A stretch of 64,000 bases of DNA from Bugula neritina (taxonomy: Eukaryota; Animalia; Bryozoa): assembly GCA_964035545.1 (NCBI GenBank), contig OZ037769.1, positions 5,499,929 to 5,563,928 on the forward strand. The letters run 5' to 3'. A model generated the notes under the pieces. That model did not search any database, was not told where the DNA came from, and saw nothing but the letters and a program-made list of their open reading frames with translations. The position numbers and the translations under genes are program-made. Position 1 is the first letter of the stretch, and each line of letters begins with the position of its first letter. Below are positions 50,773-64,000 of the stretch, piece after piece.

Positions 50773-52371
50773 ATGGCCGATAGACTTACACAGCTACAAG
50801 ATGCAGTCAATCAGGTAGGCCTTTTCACTGACTGATAGCCTGCAATACAGTTTCAGAGTTTCAGCATATTAACTGTAAATCATATTAGTAATGAAAACTA
50901 GTAGTATTGGTTTTAAAACCAGTTGAGAGCAATTTATTTGAATTGTATTCTATGCAATTAGCTAAATACTATCAATGTTTGTGAATTCGGTCAGACATTT
51001 TTGTTTTTTTTTTCTCTTTTAATTTGTGCCTTTTGGTGATACTCACTTGGCTTTCATTGCTTTGAATGCATCCGAGGTCGTACTAACGCATTTGTGATTG
51101 CAGTTTAGATAACTTATGGTTGTGGTTTCATTCATGGCTACTGTTTCCAGACATCGAAGGAAAAATGTATTTGCTTTATCCGTAATGTAATCAAATTACA
51201 GTAAGTAGCCGGTATATAATGTAATAAACTTCTACACTTTATAGATGGCCGAACACTTCACGAACAGCATTGGCTGTCTTCAACAAAATGCCACTCCCAC
51301 ACCATTTCCTGGTTTTGGGATGGAGTCAGGCACCACCCCAGAACAGCCACCTGAAGGTAAAGCTTCCCATTTATTCATCTAAATTTCAAGTTTGGCAGGA
51401 GTTACCTTCACAATTCAGAGGCCAAGTATATAATGTAATGGCCAATAAAATGCAGTTTTGTACAACAATCTTGAATAACCTGAAAATGAGTTTTTAAATT
51501 ATAATAACTAGTCTAGGATACAAAGTTAATTATTCGCTGTGACAATGTTAAAAAAAATTGTTGAAAAGAAGGCAAGTCTGGCTGCTTATGGGGAAATTGT
51601 AAATTTTCTAGCTTGCTCAATCAATCTCTTCTGCCATCTAAAGATAAGGCAACTCTAATTATAACTTTTAATATATTACTATGTTGTTTGTAGATTATGC
51701 GCTACTATTTGCTCAACTAATAGCGAGGACTGCTAAAGATATTGACTATCTGATTGATCATTTACCAAACGAAGAAGCGACCATGGACTTACAGGTCAGT
51801 TGTGCTATAAAAAAAGTTTCATCGAGTTTCTCCTGCCTTATTGTTTAGGAGTTGTTCTCCTCAATTAGAATACGCCTTTTTACAGCTACGATTAATAAAT
51901 TAATAGAAAAACCTAAACAATAAAGGTCTTGTTTTAATTAGCTAGTCTTTCTTCAATGGTTTTAGGTCTGACATTTTTTTATTTTGAATTTTACTCTTAT
52001 GGTATTTTGCCATTTTACATCCATTACATTTGCAGTCATGCTCTCACAAATTTAGATTTCGTAGATTAATTCTTGAATCTGTATAGGAAATTTCATATAA
52101 TACAGCAAATTTGAAATGCTTCATGTTCATATTTCACAAATTGTCTTATGTGTTGTATGTGTAAGTATATACTGTACGGTGTGTGTTGCAGATGAGTGCC
52201 CTCCAGAGACTTGAGGTTGAGAATGACGAAGCAGCCAGGAATCTGGAGAGAGTGATACAGAGTGGAGAAGACCTGTTAGCACAGATACAACAAGCTCTCA
52301 GTGACATTGCGCAAACTCAACTCACTCTGCAAGCTTTGCAGAATCAAGAGTCTGACCAGAACATCACATGA
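50773..52371 (+). CDS. MED21: Mediator subunit 21 (SRB7), 4 coding exons
   Basis: Exons 50773-50814, 51245-51356, 51694-51794 and 52192-52371. [14 protein letters not shown]...[17 protein letters not shown]...[12 protein letters not shown]...[13 protein letters not shown]. Confidence 0.95.
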
Positions 52372-52631
52372 TCAAATTGTCACATGATGAAAATATCACA
52401 TAAATCAGTTGTCGTGAGGTCAAGTGTCATATAATCGTAGTGACACTTGAAACAGGTGTCATGTAATCATAGTGTCACTTGAAGCAAATGTCATGGAATC
52501 ATAGTGTCACTTCATCATGGTGTCACTTGAAGCAGACATCATGTGATGCTAGTGTCACTTCATCCGGGTGTCACTTGAAGCAGGTGTCATTTGATACAAG
52601 TGTCACTTCATCATGGTGTCACATAACTGTA
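52361..52631 (+). repeat. Degenerate 16-bp minisatellite (core GTGTCACTT) with a 48-bp higher-order unit, over the MED21 stop and 3'UTR
   Basis: About 17 phased units; GTGTCACTT at 52472, 52504, 52520, 52552, 52568 and 52600. Confidence 0.85.
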
Positions 52632-55522
52632 TTCAAACTGTCTATAGTGCATCTCATCTCATAGATTTTTCTGTCTGTACCAGGCAATAATGATGTGGGT
52701 GTAATACCTAGCTATTGGTGAATTGATGTATCGGGCTATTTTTTATACAATACAACAATATAGTTATTTTTGACTCATGTACAGCCATGTTTCCTATCCT
52801 GACTTGTATATAAGAGCATCCAATATCATAAACTGTGTTAGAATCACAGAGTAGGGGACATTAGATTGACACCTCTAGTCTAAAAGGTGTGATTACTGGT
52901 GTTTGTACAAACTGAAACCTTGTATTCTGGTGCTACTTGATAGCTTTTCTAATGACTTGTTTGACTGTAAAGGATTTACGTTTTATATTTCCATTTTTCT
53001 TCTTGGTTCATGACTAACAATAAATAAATTTACCCGCTCAAAATAATAAATGGGTAGAAGCTACATATCTAAAATATACTTTTTGCTAACTAATAAATTT
53101 TTTTGAAGCTGCCAACTTCACATCTTTTATTTTTAGGCCTCTTCCTGGCCCTATTTTTATTTGTCAAAATTTATCAAATTGAGCAACTATTGGTTTATTA
53201 GGAAAAATATAATTTACATCTTGTACAACATAATATAGCTATGTGGAAATAAAGTCTGTTACTAGGTGATCATAGCTAAATACTGGCAAGAAATGATAAC
53301 TCCCAAAGTTTTAATTGATCAATTAATAGGCTGGCACTACTAAACAGGTAAACTGACAACACATTTACCTATGACGTCCAAACATACAACTTTTATTCTA
53401 GGTTTATTAACTTACAAAATTATGAAATGCATGTTCCAAATACTCAACAAGTGTCGTGTTATTTGTAACTTTTTGTTTCAAAAGATGAATAAAGCATGCA
53501 ACTTACTACTTCAAACCAATTATACTATGAAAATTACTGCAAACTAAACATAAACGAATTTTCGCCCTGATTATTATATTATAAAATTGATGCACAACAA
53601 TAATAACAGATAGCTAAGAAAAAAGCATATTAGATACACAACAAGCTAGGAAACAACTTCAGATATATGAAGCATGCATATAGCATAGCAAGCTATAATT
53701 GTAACTAAATTCTATAGATATAGATAATATAGCAAGTTAATGCAGTGTTCAAACAAAAAGTATATTGTGTAAAATAAATCAACCTAAAACTGTACATTTA
53801 AGGTTTTAAATATAATATTACCCTTAGATAAGCATACAACCTTGTGCCATATGATCTTCATGCTCAAGAAGTTGCCTACCCTTGATCTACCTGATGTAAA
53901 TACTTCACATATACTTGTACAAATGGCTACCTACTGATGTATAATACCCAAAAGCAACTGTTTAAGCCCTAGAGGGATGGGAAATTTTTTGTTCAATTGT
54001 CCATAGACGAAATTATTATTCCCAGGTGGTAATAACAGTGTTTTGTTCATTATGAAGTAAATGGCATTTTCTACCCAATTAACAATAAAAGCTTACAGAA
54101 TCTATAACTATACAAATTATACTCTCCAGCCAGATGTTCTGTACACATCGTGCTACACTGTGACTCATACCGTATACATTGTTATATGTTTCTATTGCAA
54201 CTCATGGGCACTCAATATTCGCAAATTCTATGTAGCAGCTGTTGATACTTCACTAGAAACAGCTAGTAATTCAGCTAGTGTCTTAACTGTGTGAAAAGCT
54301 TTTAATGAACACATATAATTATATTTATATAAGCATAGCAAATTATACATATGACTGCGTCGTTGATCTGGGACCCATGCATTTCAGATAAAAAATATGT
54401 GTTTTCAACACATATTATAGTCATGCATATATACCAACAGTTGAAAACATGGCTTTCTAGCAGCCAATAATCAACCTATTAAATATTCATTAATTGAATT
54501 ATAATTTTATGTCACACTTGTAAGTCTAAGTTACACTAAATATTTTCTAACTATTGAAACATGCAATAATTTAAGTTGTGTTGGAGAATAATAATTAAGC
54601 CTTAAAACCACTAGCTAAACCTTATGTGAACCTTCTAACTACTAGCTGTTAGCAATCATAGCCAAGAGTTTTTTTTTCTATTATCAATATTATAAACATG
54701 AACATGTAGAAAATTAATTTATAATGGAAATACATTTTAACATCGAATGGCCTGTAATAAACTGTATTTAAATAATAATGACAAAGTGTAGGGGTGCCTA
54801 CATTACTTTGGCTGCAGATTTCAAGGTTGAGCTATATATCTACTGCACATGCATTTCAGCATAATTATTTTCCTGCATATGATTTAGAAATGAGCTGGAA
54901 TTAAAAATGATAGTATCAGCTATATTCAATATTAGGGGTAATTCAAGCAGGATCTTCATACAAACTAAATTATTCAGAATTGAACCAGGCCTTCAGTTAT
55001 AGTTGCTAGGACCAGAGTTCTAGCTTTAATATGGAGATATTACAGAGGGCTGCTTCAGCTAAACTATTAGTTATACCACAGCACACTTGCAGTAGCTCAC
55101 CTGTTCCTCATAGTAACCATGCAGTTCATTAAAATGCTAAACTTTAGGAAATATCAAATTCGGACATCATATTACTCTAGTAGAAGTTGAGAATGTGAAA
55201 TTGATGTTTACTTGTAGATATTTTATTCAGCAAAAGCTTATAACTGTTTACCTTTGATTTATTATAATATACTTTACTAACTAAATAATCATAGTGTCCA
55301 ACATGTTGCTCTGGCATAGCATTACTATACAATTTTGAAGCATGGACACCAGTCGTTTATCATTTTCTTTAATTTACAAGTTAGAATATAAAAGAGCTGT
55401 TGCCAAACCAAGTAGTCGAGAACATTTTTTACTAACCGGCTTTTGTGCTAATTTATAAACCGTGGTATCTCGGAGCCATCTATTCAAAATTTTGGTAAGC
55501 TGGTACGTTGGGAACTAATCGT

Positions 55523-55590
55523 CCAATCACAACATTGCTAAGCAACCAATCAGAAAAAGTTAAGGTGAAAGGTCACTCTGGTATATAAAT
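55523..55590 (+). promoter_or_regulatory. Alpha-tubulin promoter (two CCAAT boxes plus TATA)
   Basis: CCAATCA at about 55523 and 55546, and TATATAAA at about 55582, roughly 140 bp upstream of the ATG. Confidence 0.65.
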
Positions 55591-55721
55591 TACACAGGTT
55601 GGTCGCCCTTTCCTCATCCTAATCTTTCCGCTTAGCAAATAACAGCTACCTGTGGATAGGTCAACTAGAATCTCTTCAACCATTCTTCAAGTCCAGAACC
55701 TTTTCTATCTCCAAAGTAAAC

Positions 55722-59313
<3,592 letters not shown>

Positions 59314-61831
59314 ACCTCATGAGAGAGTTCACAAAGCATACTGCGTTCTTGTCTAGTCAATTGAGTTCTAAAAATTAAGAATGGTAGTTTATGCACCCAG
59401 TTGAATAAATAAATTAATACAAAACCTATATCCTGCTCTTGAGTCTTTACATTACATTTGCAATTTAATTACATCAACATGTGGTGAAAGTTGGGACAGA
59501 AGCTAGTAAAGTGCTCTAAAAAATTTCTTTATCTGAGCTGATGGCTGCATCCGCTGGTATTCGATGCACAACTATTCTCAACTGGATTATTTTTGGCCTT
59601 GTTGATTAGCTGCAAGCATAAAATGGTATTAACTTGATCACTAATAATTATTGACCGCAAGAATAGAGAGTCGAGTGTCTTGTGAACATACTTGTAATGC
59701 CTGCTAGTTAGTACATGTGGGTTGGTTCTAGCATTACCCAATAGTTAATACTCTATAGTATGTGAAGTTGTTGGCCCATGAAATAAATGAACTTTTCCAT
59801 GATTATGCTATAACAAATGCATTACATAGAATACATGTATAGCAATCATAATAGTTGTAGAAGCCCACAGTAGTTGTAGCAGTAATACCTGCTGCAATAT
59901 GGAGAGTGTTGCGTTCGATGTGGAACAGTATTTAGGTTGTGGCATTACGTGCTGACTGAAAGCCAACTTGCAGTGAAAGGTAGAGAGCCTGGCTGCATTA
60001 GATCCAACAATATCTTAATAATTTGCATAGAAATGAAAACCACAGCTCAGTCTGCATACAAAATCGGCTTTCACTTGCTTTGCCAGTGTTCAGTTCCTGC
60101 ATGTTCCAATTTGTGGCCGTAAAAGGCTTGGAGAACTGTGTACAGAGCAGACAGATTACAGCCAACACAGTTGGGGCAGACAAATCCTTGATTGAACTCT
60201 AAATGAAACCTCCAAATCACATGTTCCTCACGTGACAATCACTGAATCAAAATGCTTCCGGTGGGGGTGTATTTAAAAAAACCATTATTGTTTCAGTTAT
60301 TATAAAATTAAATGATAATATCATCATTATGTAAAATTAAAAGTAAAATACAACAATTATGAAATATTATTATTTCTGCTTCGACATTCAGTTTTGAAGT
60401 ACAATCAACTCTAAGTGTATTATTATTATAGTTATACTGAAATTTATAGTGAAACTGTTGGTTACTACAAGTACAACTACAAGTAAAACTTTTAGTAAAA
60501 GTAAATCTAATACTAATAGTAATACTTATGCTGATACAATAACTAAATTAGTAATACCAATAATAATAGTAATACTAATAGTAATAGTCAACTTATAGTT
60601 ATACTAATTGTAATTCACTAATTGTTAAAATGTAATTTACTAATTATTAACTTGAAGTAGAATTTCAAGTAAATTACCTCAGTTTATTACCTCAGTTGAG
60701 GTAGGACTTCCGCAGCAACTGGAAAGTCTATAGGGAAGCCTCTAGTGAAAACTTACATTAGACCAGGGTTAGCACTAGTTACAGCATTTGCTGTTTTGTA
60801 ATTAGTTATTATATTCTCTAAAACTAAAAGTAGAGCAGATTTTTGTTTCAATTTAAATTTGGGAGTTATTTTTTGCCTTTAGTTTAGTAATTTCTCATTG
60901 TTGGGTTAGGCTAAATTTGTGTTTTAGAGTTTCATATTGAACTCATAATGTTATTGACGCGTATCCTCATAATTATCACTTAATCTCAATTTATTAGTCA
61001 GTTAGAGTTATGGTACAATGCAAAATTAGTTTTTTAAGTGTTTTTAACAGTGCCCATAAAATTAAATCATTTTCAGAGTCATAGTGATATAAGAATTTGG
61101 ATAATGATGATCAAAAATCATGGTTTGTATTATCATTAGTTTATTATTAAGATGCAGCATGATTGTCATTTTGATATTTATATTACAATGGCAACTTACA
61201 GTTATAACTTAGAGGGTAGCTGGAGTGACTGCTATCAACATTTACATGGCGCTGATGCCATAGTTTCACCAATACGATACACCTAGTCTTTCTAACTTAA
61301 ACTAGCCACAAGCAAAGGACTGTGCAATTTGAACAGTTTCAGAAAGTTCCAATATGTTTATGTTTGTGGCTTTCAAAATTAGCATGGTAATTTCGACATA
61401 TTAGTGCATAAAAATATTAATAAAACCCATTGTTCATTCACTGCTGAATTTCAAAATTTTTTACATAAGTAAAATGAAAATGATCATGAAGATGAACGTA
61501 CACTAGACTCACAAATTTAGATGACTCTTAAAATTTTCTACAATCTTATAATTTATAAACTATTCAACAGGCACACTTCAGTTTAATTTTGTTTCAGCAA
61601 AGTGTCTTGCTTTTCATACATGATCCGTTTGTCATGGCCGATTAGTTTAATGCTGGTGGTGCTCTGTCTGACATGATATTAATGCTTGATGACTTTTTAA
61701 CTTTAGTTGTAGTTGAGTCAAGGCTGGTATGATGATTGTGAAGAGGACAGAGATATTTGGGAATTAGGTTCGAATCATCTTTATCTAGTGACTGCTAAAC
61801 TCTAGCGGACCAGCTACAACAGGAAAGCACT

Positions 61832-62470
61832 ATGCCTGCCGCTACTGATTTGGAGAGAATTGCTTTTTATGGGGTCAGACTACCTGCCAACATAGTTGCG
61901 ATGAAAAAACTGGTCAAGATATTTGAAAGAAACACGTTTCAAAAACTAGTTCGCCTTGCAGTATCTTCTATTGAAGGCAAAGCTGTTAAACCAGAGATGT
62001 TTGATAGCCTGATTTCCAAGAGCGCCTCAATAGAGCATATTCATATTGTCTGCGCAGGAATTCTAAAGCTAATCCAGTGTGCATGCAGACACAGCGCTGC
62101 TGCACTAAGCAAGGAGCAGTTTGCTGCTGATATTAAAAATCTTGGAATGACCAAAGATATGATGGAAGATCTCTCATCTGCAGTATTTGGATCACGAAAA
62201 CAAGTGTTAGAATACGCCGCAATAAGCAATGTACCAAGACGAGCAACTATAGTGAGTTTTCAGTGGAAAATTGATGTAGCTATATCAACCACTACCCTGA
62301 GTAAAGTACTCGAGCCAGCTGTCGCGGTAAGAATGACGTTGAGTAATGGAGAAATAAAATGTTTTGAAATGTCTGTATCAAAATTCCAAGAGCTGAGATA
62401 TCACGTTGCATCGGTAATGAAAGAGATGGAAGACTTAGAGAAACGCAGTATACTCAAAATACAAGACTGA
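61832..62470 (+). CDS. COMMD5: COMM domain-containing protein 5 (single coding exon)
   Basis: C-terminal COMM domain FQWKIDVAISTTTLSKVLEP...SKFQELRYHVASVMKEMEDLE matches the COMMD5 signature. A 5'UTR acceptor ctctag| lies at about 61805. Confidence 0.9.
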   Translation: MPAATDLERIAFYGVRLPANIVAMKKLVKIFERNTFQKLVRLAVSSIEGKAVKPEMFDSLISKSASIEHIHIVCAGILKLIQCACRHSAAALSKEQFAADIKNLGMTKDMMEDLSSAVFGSRKQVLEYAAISNVPRRATIVSFQWKIDVAISTTTLSKVLEPAVAVRMTLSNGEIKCFEMSVSKFQELRYHVASVMKEMEDLEKRSILKIQD

Positions 62471-62757
62471 TTTATTCTTTTTGTAAAATGATGTATTGCA
62501 ATATTGCACTTTTTATGTGTTGTGAAAATTATCAAGAAATGTAAAAAATAGTTAAATCTTGCATACAATATATACATCAGTCATTAGCATATAAAATTTT
62601 CTACTAGAACAAAAAATTCAAGAAATTAAAAACTATACAATGCAGATTTCAAAATCGGAATGAAATTCCTATCATTTTTGACTTGTAAGTTACTTCTACT
62701 GGTCATTGTTTTTATATCAATAAAACTGATGTTATATTTACAATAAGCTTTCATTTT

Positions 62758-63946
62758 CTATTCTGAAGTTACAGGGTCTCCTATATCAGCATTTTGCTTG
62801 GCTAATAAAACTGTATGCTGCCCGCCGGATGAGATCATTAAAACTTCTTTGTCAGATAATTGTTTACCAGTCATGACTACAGGCTCAAACTTGTCTTCAT
62901 CTTCACCATTACTCAATTGTTGACAGGTTCCCATTCCCCAGCCATAAGACTGTAACATAAACACGGAGTTACTTACCCATTTATTATGCTTGTACTGAGC
63001 AATAGCATTGGTATTAGTACATAGTGTATACTGTTGGCACTTCATAATTAGCGAAAGTTTAGCAAACTAATTTTGTTCCAAGTCAATTCACAACATTCCC
63101 CCCCCCCCCCCATGAGTATGATGTCATTATATTCTTTGGGAAAACTAGAGAAATTACAGACATTGCTGCTGTAGCTATGGTAACACTATTACAATATAAA
63201 ATATCAATAAATCACATCAATAGGTGATTACAACCATGAAGCTCACCTTGCCATCTTTACACACTGCAAATGACACAGATGAGCTAGCGTCTACGCTGAG
63301 ACAAGACGAAGGAAGTGCAGATACACGTTTCGGCTCTTTGGCGTCTTCCGCATTGGATTCTCCTAAACCTAGCTGCCCATAGGTGCCTCGGCCCATGCTG
63401 AAAACCTCGCCTAAAGTAACAGCACAAGAAATTAGGCTAACCTAAACTGTGTACACTTGATTTTTAACATTTTGTTAGGAAATCCATAAATGTTTTAAAG
63501 ACCTTTGGTCTTGCATTAATTGAGCTTTGATTTATTTACTAGCCATTATTACGGGCAGTGACTTTTAAACGCTCGCAAAACAAATGGACACAATTTTTTT
63601 TAAATAAGCAGGATATATTCTCAATACACTATATAGCCCTAATGACAAGTAAAGGTATATGAAAGTAATACACTAGCTGGTTGCACTTTACTCTGAGTAT
63701 GAGTAGGTCAAGAATAAGCTTGCAAATAACTAACCATCCTTGTTGACAGCTACAGTATGATGTTGACCACCTGCTATACCCTGCCAGCCTTGATCTGAGG
63801 GCAGGGCTTTCACCAGCTCGGGGACAAACCTATTCACCATGTCGTCTATACCCAATTGGTAGTAGTTGTTTAAACCCCACGCATATATATCTCCAGCCAC
63901 AGACTTAGCAAATGAGACGTATGTACCAGCCCAGACATCACAAAAC
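62758..63946 (-). CDS. RCC1: Regulator of chromosome condensation 1, last three exons (gene continues beyond the window)
   Basis: Exons 63946-63735, 63410-63247 and 62949-62758. RCC1 repeats [28 protein letters not shown] and WGMGTCQQL...MTGKQL...[10 protein letters not shown] match the RCC1 C-terminus. Confidence 0.9.
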
Positions 63947-64000
63947 CTACAATGATGACAACTAATGTCAAAAACAGGGAAGTGAAAAAAATGGTTAGCA

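Noticed and set aside
52361-52631. CRISPR-like array
   Set aside because: Eukaryotic context, contiguous degenerate 16-mers without unique spacers, and no cas genes.
59529-60183. Small ORFs between tubulin and COMMD5
   Set aside because: Short, with non-ATG starts and no recognisable motifs; at most a divergent non-coding transcript.
61832-62470. COMMD5 as a processed retrocopy
   Set aside because: The ORF is intact, has a 5'UTR splice acceptor and shows no poly(A) or TSD scar. A single coding exon is also the vertebrate COMMD5 arrangement.

Overview
AT-rich, intron-containing animal (invertebrate) genomic DNA; the species cannot be determined from this window. Reading splice sites by eye gives spliced models for HSD17B14, PGAP3, RIOK3, RPLP2, MED21, an alpha-tubulin, COMMD5 and the 3' end of RCC1. 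There are also two uncharacterised genes: a 370-aa orphan with a muscle-type promoter, and a 581-aa type II SPFH/band-7 membrane protein with four PY motifs. Mobile DNA includes an intact 4.27-kb Ty3/Gypsy LTR element (identical LTRs, 5-bp TSD, -1 frameshift signal, no canonical PBS) and a 2.2-kb foldback, hAT-like non-autonomous element with an AT-satellite core. Also present are a CR1/L2-type LINE remnant with a nested tRNA-derived SINE, a second SINE copy and several MITEs. The main unexplained signal is a set of degenerate tracts in which ACT/AGT recurs every 6 bp. They flank the inferred promoters of most housekeeping genes here and extend into the first coding exon of RIOK3. All gene models and TSS positions are manual inferences; no database searches were run.
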